Made by a program: the position numbers and the translations under genes. DNA of 64,000 nucleotides. Source: Fimbriosthenelais zetlandica. Its lineage: Eukaryota. The notes below the pieces were generated by a model. The model was given only the letters and a program-made list of their open reading frames with translations, was not told where the DNA came from and ran no database searches. Shown here in pieces: positions 24,120 to 36,700 of this stretch. The stretch covers positions 16,678,001-16,742,000 of the forward strand of contig OZ365116.1 in NCBI GenBank assembly GCA_977030845.1, in the 5' to 3' direction. Every line of letters starts with the position of its first letter. The stretch's first letter is position 1.

Positions 24120-27100
24120 ATACATTTTCACTGTATGTGTCCCCTCTACAGGCTCTGTGGTACATAATGTCCATGAATACTTTTTAACAAGTCCTCAACG
24201 ATCTCCCTTGTCCTTCATACATCAGTGGTTCCAGCCTCTAACTATGTTGTATATTCAAATTGCAGCAGACCACTTTGAGGGGTATATTCAGTTATGAATT
24301 CAGTCTATGGCTCAGACAGACGGGGGTATCTCCCGTGAGATGGTAGAGCCTACCCCAGCCTGACAGCTATAAAGCTGTGAGGAGAGGTGTGAATATGGTA
24401 ATAGGTACGTTAGGGCCCTCTTTATATAACCTCTATGCATACAAGTCGTCTAAAACACCGGTTCACTGTGAAAGGCAATTGGCGGGCATGTACTGCTGAC
24501 AGGACGGCGTTGACACGCTAACGCTGAAATGCCATTGTGTTGTAGTTTTGAAATACACTTGTCACCCTTCCTTGTCTTCCTCAAACAAAGACGAAGAGAG
24601 CACTGTGAATAGTTTTATCAAGAGATGTATTTATAAGACATGTAATCTCTGAAGACATGCTTGCAAGAAGTGCTCGCAGTACTGGGTTTCGACAGGCGGT
24701 CACAAGATTTTTCCTTTGTAAATTGATCCCCCTTTTTTTAGAATTATTGCATAGATTGTAGGATTGTTAGGAATCTTTTGAGGAAGGTGTTCCTGGAAAG
24801 TGTGCCCTCTCTGAAATATTGCCGCTGTGATTGATGAATGTATTGAATTGTTTCAGATGATTCCCTCACCGCAGTTAAGTATAAATTAGATATAAACATC
24901 TCTATTGCTGTTCCTGTCTGGCTGTACTAAGCGGATTTCCCTCTTCTAATCAACCTAATGATTTAGATTTTGTCAATGGGCGTTTTTTGCCTGGTGATAT
25001 ATATTTAAACCATTAGGTGTACAAAATACGTGTGGGGAGCTAAATGCCACCTGCAGGAAATCTGCATAGTGAAGCAGGCACTTTTGTGTACAGCAGAAAG
25101 TTAATTGTACTGGTGTCCCTTCAGACCTGAGAGCAATAATTCAATGTCTGAATTTGCTCGATCTCAAACTGCTTTCTTTTGTTTCAAGTCAGACATGAAA
25201 CAGTCAAGAAAGACTTCAGCTCTCGTGTCTTGCTTCTAATAGGATTGATTTCCTTCTGGAATAGTTCACAGCGCTCTTCTTACCTAATCCTAATCTGAAA
25301 GTGATGTCAATCGTTTCTTTATTGCATTAATAACTACCTTTAGCTATTGAATAAATATAATTAACTGATAAAATGAGTGTTTTTTGCAATGCTAACTCTG
25401 TTTTGATCAACGCCTCAGCCTTGTTAGTATAGCAAGAAAACCTCTTATCTTTGGTGTACATATTGGCCAAGCAACTAATGACCAAAAAGTGTTTTTAATC
25501 CAAATCCTGATAGGATCGACTCCTGTAATTACCATTTTCTCATTAAATATTTCATCAGCCATCAATCTAGGGTGAGGAGGCTCAGGAGATCTTTAGTAGT
25601 TTTTGTGTTTGCCTCTGTAGCTCCACCCCTGGCAGTCTTGAGTGTTTTAGCTGAAATCCCCCAAGAGGGTTTATGTGTATACTAAATGAATCTCACTTCA
25701 TACATCATTCGCTTTGGGAATGTGAGGCTTTTGTGGATCAAATATTTAAAGAGACTTTAAACCCACAACATTTCAACTTTTTAGCTAAATGCAAATTTCG
25801 AATTGGAAGAAATATATATTTTGGTTGGCCTGGGAGTGGAGGTTGGGATGTGGGATGGATGGGAGGGCCCTCTGTTGTTGAGGAAGTCAGACTGTGACCT
25901 GATGATAGCGCTCACAGCGCCATATTGTGGTGACCCCTGCTACTACTGATAGCTCCTTGATGGCTTCCCTGACAAATGGGGACGTTGTCAAGGCAACCAA
26001 GGATTGACCTTTGCTCAATCAGGCCATTTAAGCAGAAGAGAGGCAGCTGTCTGTGAGGCCGCGTCCCACCACACCTCGTGTCCGGCCAGGGGTGATGGGA
26101 CACGTGTTGATAACATCTCAAGGTGGGAGATGGCAATTCTCATCTCCCCAAACACACTTCTCCTTCATCTTCTCCCTCTCCTTCTCTTCCTCCTAATACA
26201 ATACTCCCCTTCCTCTTATACATAATGGTCTATGTGAGCCTGCCCCATCATAATAAATATTATTTGAATAGTTCCCAGGTACTCTCTATGAGCATGTAAG
26301 GGATGAATGAAGGCAGCAAGCAACTAATTGCTGATTGTTTTAACCTAAGAAATACTAAGATCTGAGAACTTAGTAAGTACAGCGACAGCTCTTTTTGAGA
26401 TTGGTTTTACAGTGCTTCCCTGAATTGATAAGCTTTTGCCATATAAGGTTAGAATAACAAATTAATCAGTAGTACACATAAAAGCCAGCACACAATGCCA
26501 TAACTTGTGATCACTGACCTTAATTAGGACATTGTTAACCAGTAAAGGTTCATGTAAACTAATCAGGCAGGGAAAATTAAGGTCGCAAATACAATTCCAG
26601 GACCTGTAAAGAGATAGAGGAAGTAGGTCAACTGACCTCATTCTTACAAGAGAATCATGGGAAGGCATCTGAAGCTTTTAGAAGTAAATTCACTGAAGAA
26701 TGAGCATAAATTCACCGACAATGAATATAGCCGTCTCTTAAAGCGTCAATTCGGCCATTTTCCTTACTTCCTGTTACCCATATTTAAAAATCCACCATTC
26801 CACGAAATAAAATCTTGATGCCATCTTTCCGTCTCGTCTCAGACACACCAGCTTCCACCTCATTTCACCTGTACTTCACTTAAAAGCTTTCAGACCCTCT
26901 CACTTAAAAGGGAGGACAAGATGTGTCAGTTCATAATGAAGGGCCAGCATCTTAACAGTGGGGTCAAGGGTTCGAAAAATGGCCTGTCCTCGCTTTTGTC
27001 GTTATACACTGTGAATCCAATGACACATCGTTTTCTTAATTGTTTCCTGCTTTCTGGTGCTTAATAGTTCTTCTAATGGAGATTTAAAGATATTTAACTA

Positions 27101-27865
27101 AATTTATCACAATGGGTTAAACTACATACATGTATGGCTGTTGATATCCTGTAGCCCTGGCTGATGAGCACGGTCAGAATTAATGTGTCCTCGTAAATGT
27201 GAATGTTACACATGAGAATGATGTGTGGGCTCATGGCATCCTGTATGGGACAGAGCCAGGTTAGGTGGGATGACATGGTAGGCAGCCATTATACTCCCAG
27301 ATAATCGTTGACCCTTCACCTCAACTCAACATTGAGGTCCTCATTCTGCCAGGCTCAACTCACTTTTGTCGATTCAGGAAAGGGATTAAATGGCAGGTGC
27401 ATTTTAAGGTTGTGAGGGATTTAAAAAATGCTTAAAACCTTTCTCCTTAACTATTTTATCACAGCCATATCATGCAGATCTGACAACATTGTTCTAAAAG
27501 ATGTGGAAATTCAAAACTTGACAAGACAGAGTATAATTCTTTGTCATGACACTAAAAATTTTGGCAGAGAATTATGATGCGCTTTTCTTTTTAATGAACT
27601 TTTTACAGCGCTATGATTTTGTTCTAATGGAAATATTGACAATCCCGCATCTCAGGGTCGGTGAAAAAACATAATTGCATCCCTTGTGAAATGTCGATCC
27701 GCTTACTTTTCCAGAATTAGTTTTTTTTCCTGAATCAGATCCGCTGCCCATCCTATGTGCCTGGCAAAAAAACTAAAACGTGGATGAATTAATTTTGTAA
27801 GGCGAAACAACAATTATTTTATTTGATATCAATATACTCATTACATTTTTTCTTTCTCTTTTCAG

Positions 27866-28082
27866 GTCAATTTGAAATCCAGGGAGGCAACAAGCGATGG
27901 GGCACACAATGTACATACGATTTTTACAGCAATAAAGAGACTAAATCGGGGAGATTTTTCTCTCCGTTATATCCACAAAATTATCCGCCAGGGGCGAACT
28001 GTTTATATGTGTTCTCGGGTATGACTGGTGAACGGGTAAAAATTAACTTCCAAAATATACAGCTGGAAAATATAGACGGCAG
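27866..28082 (+). CDS. Internal exon, N-terminal half of the next CUB domain
   Basis: Long pyrimidine tract ending ttttcAG (27864-27865) and donor GTGAGT at 28083. A+GT joins in frame with exon 1294-1502. Translation: SQFEIQGGNKRWGTQCTYDFYSNKETKSGRFFSPLYPQNYPPGANCLYVFSGMTGERVKINFQNIQLENIDG, with the hallmark G-x-F-x-S-P-x-Y-P-x-N-Y-P-x-x-x-x-C-x-Y. Confidence 0.93.
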
Positions 28083-29167
28083 GTGAGTCACATTTTATAT
28101 CACTCATTTTATCACATTTCATTGTAAACTTATAAACATGTATGGAATTAGATTTATCAGAATTTCAGAAATTATGAATGAGATTTATGTCTGTTTAATG
28201 CCACCAGTCAGAGCTCCCTGTGAATGTGACAAACACTTAGACATTGTCAGGAAATAATTATTGAATCATTTAAGAATTGCTGAAGGGCTGTGGATAAATT
28301 TGTTACTATTATTTGTTGTCTTAAAGGCAGAGGAGAAAATGACATTTCATTACATCGTGTAAACACCTCAGAGCCCTGGGCCTTTTAATGTATTCATTTG
28401 AAACTTATAACAATCATTCTGTAATGAAAAGGAAGAATGAATGCATGCACAGTTGTTATCTGCCTGGAACTTGTTGGGGGAATCATTGTATGGCGATGGC
28501 GCTATGGTGCGAAACAATGTGCTATTATTCCCATTGAATCTAGTTCTAAAAAACATATGAGTAGCGGAATTTCCATGGTTCTGATGTTCAAAGTGGTTCA
28601 TATCATATTTCCAATATTTAGACCAGTCCAAAGACATTATATGTAGCCTAGTGTAACTGAAGAGTTGTTTAGCATATTCATGCAGAGGCATGAGGTATCT
28701 TAATATGAGGTATCTCAGTTGTTCAAGAGCCTATCTAGTAAATGTAGGACATTAGGTTTTTGTCTTGAGCCTATAGCTCTCACCAGCACCCCCTCCTCCC
28801 CACCATGATTTAAATCCCCCCGTGGACCAGTAAAGCCTTCCTCTTTTTGGGGGGAGGAAGATTAACGGTTCTGGCATTCTATAGGATATTTTAAGTGTAC
28901 CAAGGTAAAACCTAGCCGGCTTAACGAGCAGAATATCCACACTTAGTGAACACTAACGAGAGCTATGTACAGGGACGGGTGTATAGACGACGGCTGGTGC
29001 ATACTTAAGTCCTCGCTTCTTTTTATGAAATGGCCCCCAGGTTTAGTGTAAAGATAAAAACATGATATCTAAATTGAATGTTTTTCTGACATGGTTAAAG
29101 TAGTAAACCTGTTGAAAGTATAAATTGGAAATTGATGATGTAATTAATGATGTTTTATTTATTTCAG

Positions 29168-29418
29168 CTGTTCCGACTCCCCGGACTTTCTGCTCGTACG
29201 GGATGGCATGAGCACCAATGCGGGTGTCATCGCCCAATATTGTAACACATTAAATGGAGAGCAGGTGCTTTCTTCTGGGGAGAACTTGTATATAGAGTTC
29301 ATCGTGGATGAGCGGAAACAGCGGCAAGGGTTCGCCGCCGAATTCAAGTTTATCAAAGAAGACCAAATAAGTCCTGGGAAAAGTAGTCCCAAACCTTCGT
29401 CATTTCCATATCCTCCAG
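29168..29418 (+). CDS. Internal exon, C-terminal half of the second CUB domain plus Pro/Ser linker
   Basis: Acceptor tttatttcAG at 29166-29167; AG+C joins in frame with the previous exon. Translation: SCSDSPDFLLVRDGMSTNAGVIAQYCNTLNGEQVLSSGENLYIEFIVDERKQRQGFAAEFKFIKEDQISPGKSSPKPSSFPYPP. Probable donor AG|GTTAGT at 29419 (phase 1); read-through meets TAG at 29421-29423. Confidence 0.92.
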
Positions 29419-30493
29419 GTTAGTATTCGTATACCCTTAAAATAATATAGACTTTCATTTTTAGAAGGTAAGAATAGGTGCTTCTTAGATGAAGGACCCA
29501 AAGATGGGTCGTCCTCATTTTTGTCAGTAAGTATTCTTATACTGTATATTATTAGCTGTGAATACTAACCAAGCTCTGAGTCATATCATGGTAAGTTTAG
29601 ACCTTGTGTTGTGAAGGGTAAATATCCCTTGATTATTACTGGATTATTATTGTTGTAGTAGGTGGATATGATCAAATAAGTTCAAATATTCCCAAGAGAT
29701 AGGTCTACACGAAATATTGAATCAAATTTTCACTCCCGTCTCCAGTTCATTCAATAGAAAAGTGAGATAACTTAGAAGGGAATAGGACCCCTGTAGGCAG
29801 ATCATGTAGCCGCGGAGAAAGCCCGGCTCCGTCTGGTGTGGTACAGTGCTGACACCTAGTGAGTTTCCCCAGCCTTCTTCCCAGCTACCTGGTACATACA
29901 TTATAGTGCTACCATTTGCCTGTAGATGGCTTCCAAGTGCTTGAGCTCCCTTGTAAATGTTGGCAATAATCTCTTGAAAGTAAATTCCCCTAACCTCTTT
30001 GCAAAAGTAATTCCTTATATTCAATACATTTTCTTCATTTAGAGATTCAATTTAAATTCTATGAACATCTTGTTCAAACCCAGGGAACCGTACTTCCGAC
30101 AGGCTCTGCCATAATTATATTAAGGGTCACCTTTATGTAGTGAGCATACGAAATATTTAAATGAAATAACTAGTTATCTTCAGGCTATGTATTCAACATG
30201 GAATTGTATTAGATAAATACACTAAAGACAAGCTGTCGCCACTAGCACTGATATGACCCGAGATGTCAATGTTATAAAAAACGTTACTTGATGAGGCAGA
30301 GGCCTGGTTCCAATGGTAACGAGAGGGGACAAACTGTCACCACCAATCAGGGCGGGAATAGCAGACATTTGGCTAGGCTGACCGGGGCCAGGGTGGCTGT
30401 GTAGTAGGATACTTACCACCTTTTTGCCTGGAGCAAATATAAGAAATTTTGGTCTTAGCTTGCGGAAAAGCACACAGATGATCTTGAACATAA

Positions 30494-30781
30494 CCCAGAG
30501 TATTTGGCCCATTTCATATACTACTTGCCTTCTCAAATGAACTTGAAGATAGCCCAGGGTCTTTGGTCCATTTAATATACTACTCACGCCTTCAAATGAA
30601 CTCTGAAAAGGGTAGAAAGTGGGCCATCTTCAAATGAATTTGAGAGCTTAAGTCGTGTATGAAATGAACTTAAGTTTCTGGGGATCTTTGTTAATTTGAG
30701 AAGGCTAGTAGTATATGAAATCGGGCCAAATCTCCGGGCTATCTTCGTAAGTAGTATGTGAAATGGACCAAATACTCTGGG
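30494..30781. mobile_element. 288-bp foldback/MITE-like element with 33-bp TIRs and duplicated subterminal blocks
   Basis: Left CCCAGAGTATTTGGCCCATTTCATATACTACTT versus reverse-complemented right CCCAGAGTATTTGGTCCATTTCACATACTACTT (2 mismatches). A second copy of the block lies inside each arm (30553-30600 and 30693-30746). No clear TSD. Confidence 0.75.
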
Positions 30782-33469
30782 AATTGAATATTAATGTTTA
30801 TAAATAAAGAATCTATGCAATATTTACCAAAAAATAATGAAAAATTCTTACTTAAACCAGTTTGTCTATGCGGTTCTGACCCTGGACTTACCATCTATTA
30901 GTTTAGTGAGAACTAAAAATCCTCTAGACTTGAGTCTGGTACCTAATTTACTCTAGTCATTAAGCAATTCTCTCCTTAATTAAAAAAAATGACCCCAATC
31001 AGTCATTAGTCAGCCCCGTGATCAATTTAGCCTTTTTGTACCCAATAGCCTGGGCCAATCTCATTTCATTAATGTCTAAAATAATGTCTTGATGAGTCAC
31101 AGGGGAATAGTGTGGTACTCGCATTTAAAGGTGGATAGACTAGTTTAAATTTAAGCCTTCAAGTGGAGTCAAAATGTGGTAAGTACATTTAATAGTCTTG
31201 CGCAAGTGCCATTTAAAGCTATTTACATTTTAAAACCAATTATAATACTTTGGTAGTCCCAGGATATTTGAACTGGTAAGTACATTAAATAGTTTAACTA
31301 TCTAAACCCATTTTAATTTTAAGACCACTATTGAAGTGAAATTACTTGGGTGCAGTAATTGCAAGTGTTTTCACCATCTGTAACCATAATGTATTTTTAT
31401 AAGTGTTTATATATTTTTATTTACCTCAGAGTATATATGTGCCATAATCCCGCAATTCCATGTCGCTAGAAACCCAGCTGTTTATCATATAGGATTAAAA
31501 GCTTAACAGACTGAAGAATAAGCATCTATAGAAACTATATATAGGAAACAGATAATGTCTCTGACATTAATATAGAACATTAGGACAATACATACATATT
31601 TATTATGAACCCTCACCCTGTGGTTTCCACTCTCACACCTTCTAAGTATTAGGCTAGCGATTATAGATAAACATTCCTGGGTTCAATTTTAGAAAAACTA
31701 GAGACTAGTGGATAAAAATAAAAGAAGGCATTGGAAGCTATACATTCTGAAATGTACGGAATTGGATTTGTCATTTCCAAATCTGTTCTTTATGTAAAAG
31801 TCCAATTTATTCCACCCTTCTCAGCTTCCAAATTAAATCTGTAGCTAAGCACTATCAGATTACTCACCCATACATTTGATATAGGACTATATATGATTTT
31901 CATTTAAATTTCTGGATGATAGCTCACTCACTCTTCAGTCAAATAATATTACCTTAAAATACATTTTTAAACATGAAGCACTACTTTCCACCCAGTCGAG
32001 ATTAATGTTCACGACATCTGATATTGCACACCCGCCTAGAGTCATAATTTGAGTGGATATTATTTATTGATTGCAAAACCCAATCTTGACTTCCTGAAAA
32101 AGGAAGAGTTTCATCTCCAATGCAAGCTGCACAACATCTATTATACTGATAGAAAAGCACTGGTTATGATCTCTCAAATTCACTGTAATTTTACCATGAA
32201 TCTTGGTAAGGTCAATGGCGATTAGTTCATGTCATAAGACATCTGAAGACGATCTAAATCTGGCTCATGATAATGAAACCTTAATGGAACTTCTCTAAAT
32301 ATATACATTTAACGCCCCTTGACCTGCACAGATGGACGGTGAATTTACGGTAGAATTTTAGAGTACTTTATAGTTATCTCACTCTACAGTATGCTCACAT
32401 GGATGTCTTTCGCTATTTACTTACAAGTAAAATTAAATAAATGGGCCTTGACATGATTACCTAATTTAGAGGGAATGTAGTTGAATTAACGGGAGTTTCC
32501 ATCTTTTCTCTTCGTTAATATTGACAGAAAACCATGGCCACCCACCGACTTGTGGTGTGTATACATCGATTCCCGCTCACCTTGCCTTTGGTTTAGTACT
32601 AAACTGTGACTTTGTCTAACAAAATAACAAATTTATACATAATTATGTGGCAGATTAGAGTAAGAAATAACTTAACTGAAACTTTGTCCATGTTTGCAAA
32701 CTGTAGACCTGAGCCTGTGTTGACAATGTGCACCCCACTATTTGTATAATTTCTTGCTGTTTTAGTATCCTCTGTCCTCCTTTTATCGGTCCACCAGTAT
32801 ACCACATTGCACCGCATATACGTGGAAATGATGTCCATAACATATGAAGAAATATTCAGAAAGATATCTGAATTACTTAGTTTCCACCACTTTCTGTGTG
32901 TTCCAGATCATTTTTAATCCACACCTTTTCCCTCATCATCATGCATGCCCCTGCCCCATTCCCCTCCAATGTTGACAGATACAAATTTTAAACTGATTTT
33001 TGCTGCACCCAGATGATTTCTCTAACAATATTTTTTTCATAATTTTAATAATTGTAATCGAATATTGATTGATTGATTTAGACTTGATTTTTTGGTTATC
33101 CAAATAAGAAATGAGGAATTTATTGCTTTGTTATTAGAAACAAACATTGTTGCCTATTGTAAATTCTTTATGATGGTAATATTCTCTCTATTAACTGGAT
33201 GAAATATCAAGTTATTTATCAATTTTCTCTCTCACCAAAAGATATTTCATCAAACTCAATTTCTTTCAATTCTTATTATGAGCTTTCAGTGTACATTTTT
33301 TGAAAAAAATGAAACACCGACTTTAATAGCTACAGATCTCCAGGTCAATATTCAACCAAGCTCTTTCGGTTAAAAAATACTTTATAAGCTTTCCAAGAAT
33401 GGTTTGAGAGGTTTGCTTTTGATGCTGGAGATTTGTAGATCTATTGCTTTATGACTTGTAAAGGTACTT

Positions 33470-33795
33470 GACAACTGAAGTCCTCAGGGCATAAGACTGT
33501 ACTTAAAGACGTACTTAAAGACAAGGGCTACAGACGACCTAGCTATATCCATGGAGGGCCTTGCTTTTCTCTAACAATTGGGGTTTTTTTCCACAAAGAC
33601 ATTATCACATGGGACATGTTTAGACTGTCCTAGGACCGCAATGGGCCTATAACTTAATTTTTGCTATAGTAACACTGGGGACATAAAAAGGATATTTCTA
33701 AGACCCCATTGATTTCCTACAACCTTACTTTTTGGGGTCTGACTTTACGTCTTAAGTCCGTCTTAAGCCTTTACGACCTCAGTGGATCTGCCGCC
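33470..33795. mobile_element. MITE-like family A copy with internal CTTAAG/CTTAAAGAC repeats
   Basis: Right arm cttaagcctttacgacctcagtggatct (33762-33789) and an internal 12-bp duplication gtacttaaagac. The left boundary is approximate. Confidence 0.5.
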
Positions 33796-36700
33796 TATCA
33801 CAGCATGTCTTGTGTACAGTGGTGCTTGCACTGTTATGTTTTAGGTCCCAACACTCATAGTCCTGGTGATAGCCCAAACGGCCTGGGGCCCTCCGCCCCA
33901 CCGACAACCAAACCAAGCAGTAAGTTTCTCTTACACTCTCTCTCTCTCTCCTTTCTCACCTTTCTACTCCCTCTCTCCACTCTCAGTCTTTGATATGATC
34001 ACGTGTTTATCTCTGATTTTTCATCCTCCAAAAGCCTGAAAATGATGGCAAAATATGGACCCTTATAACTAATTTTGAAATCTAGATTTTATCTGCTCCC
34101 AAATCAATTTTTATGGTACGTTTATGATTAAATTGAAGTGAACTTATACTGTGAGGGTAGTCCCCTCCCTTATTTAAAGGATGGCTGGGATCCAGGTGTC
34201 GTAATATAGTCCCGGGCGAAGTAATATCCTGTTAACCTCTTCACCCTCAAAGTAGGGCTTTTAAGGCCCTTCCCTGAGGGCCTTGCTAAATTCACCCATG
34301 GCCCTCACTGACTTTCCCAAAGTAGCTTGCCATTAACTCCTGCCACGTCTATGTGCTAATGGTGCACCTTTTTTTAAAGACACGGCCCCTTGAGATCACT
34401 AAAACTTTCTATTAAATAACATTTTTATTTACTGTGTTTGGTGACCATTAAATACAGAATGTCCCATTACTTTGTAAATAGCGTTGAGATGATAGGCTTG
34501 ATCTATCTAAAACGGTACATTATAGTCTCCCCTCTCTTTCTCTCCTACCTTCTCTCCTCTCCTGACCAGGTGATTTTGGATGATTGGGTGCCCAATGAAG
34601 TCAGTTTATTTTAAGTTTTAATGAATTTTATGCACCAATTATGGTATCTGCACTTAAGCATGAAGTAGTATAAAAATTCACTGCTAGAATGGAATGAAAA
34701 GAAAATTGACAACACTGTCATTCCAAAACACAGAACATCACAAAAATGCAAATGTCAGGTTTTAAACGCCAAATAGAACACTGGACTTTGTGTCCCATAT
34801 AACACATATTCCAATCAATTGATCCCCAACAGACTAAGTGAATATGATTGCTGGGATAGGGCTGCCAGTTGAGGTGATTACCTCATATGTTAGAGTCCTT
34901 TCATTAATACAGATAGGCAATTAATTAACGAGAGAAAGTAAAGTATTAGAGTAATGATCATATCAAAGACTGATTGTAATGTTTGTTATTGTCTAGATTC
35001 ATCTGCATTCCTTGTTGTGATATGAACTATAAGATTCCTATGAAACTGTATATGAGGTCTCGTCTCCAGACCAAAAAGAGCTAAAATCAGCTAAAAACAC
35101 CAAGACGAAGAAGAAAATGTGTGTAGGGTTTTGTAATTTTCAGGTCCTTTATTGCTATGTTGTTGGCCCTCTATTTCAGCTTCCCAAAAATGACACCAGA
35201 GGGCACCACCTGTATAAGGTACCCCTGATCAGCAGGCGTGAGGACAGATCATGCCATCCCATACCCCATCCCGCCCCAATGTCCATTCATGTCTGTGCTG
35301 TGATGTTATTGATTGAAAAAAGGTCTTGGCTTGATATTACCTCATTATCAAATTTCATGTTGAAATTTTTATGAATATTGATTACATGCTAACACATGCT
35401 TACTTGCTACTAACAAAAGTTGAAATTACAGCCGAAATTGTATTAAAGAAGAGGGGTGAGTACTGTATTTTTCTCAAAATTTCTCATGAGTTGCAGCAGG
35501 TGACTCTGTGAACACTTTGGAGCCATATCATGTTGGCGTGTAAACATCCCATGATATATGTTATGACATATATGTGGTTTCTTATCAGTGTATATACTAG
35601 GACATATCTATAAGCTAGTTTTTTAATGTACATATATCCCAGGGGGTACTTATTATGTTATCAGCCTCTGAGTGACGGGCCAGCACCACCCCGCTGGTGC
35701 TGCCACCTGGGACTAACTCCCTGCTGGCAGATTTGTGTCGCGATAATTTTCGCCAAGCGAATGTCGGCCGCGATGTGTGCTGTGTACAAGTAGTCTCTGT
35801 CACAGCTTCAAATTCACTCCAGTCTTACTAGGGCCGTTACAAAAAACACGCCGGCCATTATTAGTGCGATAGGCGTCGACTGAACATTGATCAATGTGGG
35901 CCGTCTTTTATAAACATCCCCCGTCCTACCTTCGTAATGTAAACGATTCAAGTTCATTTATATCTAACTTAATACAGATTCTTAGATTCAGAGCTGGTTG
36001 GGGAAAGGGCAGAGAGGATTCGAGTGGAAGAGTGAGATAGGAGAAATTGAAAAGGGGTGGGGGACTTCTGTAAAGGGTATTTTCATATAGTGATATTCTA
36101 AATTACATTTCCGAATATAATCGTGATTTTATAATCTCATATTTTCCTATATCCATATAATTTACATGACAAACATGAGGATCGCTTTGCATGTTATAAG
36201 CCTTGATATAAGCATCCATTTACCACTATCTGATGGTGAGTGTTTAAATGCATTGTGCTCCTTGTTTTTGGACACATTAAGGGGACTAATTGACTATTTG
36301 TATGAGAGAATTTCATCCTTAGATAGATAATAATAGAGAGAAGGTAGGCAGCCTGTCCATATACAGCTGCTCTAATGTACTGTTTTTACTCTTGGGCACA
36401 TCTACATTGCTTTGATGTTGTCACTATGTTACAGTGAACAACGTTATCGTTGGGGGCACATGGGAGCCATATAGCAAAGTACAGAGCCGCTATATATACG
36501 GCCTAAATCCACCCAAGAAGTTTACTGAAGAACTCCCAAGAAATAAGTCAGTTCTTGAATATGGCCTGATTCTACACCAAGCCTTTAAAATGTCAGTGGA
36601 TCGAGGACTTATGTCTTTATAAAGTTAGCTAGCTGATCCCTGGCTAGTCTATGTATTTTGGCTTGAATCAGTAGTCAGTACTAGGCTTAGCACAACCCCC

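Noticed and set aside
29465-29467. Possible 3-nt microexon AAG (tttttAG|AAG|GTAAGA)
   Set aside because: It would need a 46-nt upstream intron from 29419, shorter than usual for most animals, and there is no TGC signature. Not supportable without RNA data.
33060-33300. Possible LINE 3' end on the minus strand (AATC-type tail)
   Set aside because: Only three tail units, and the upstream frames are full of stops.
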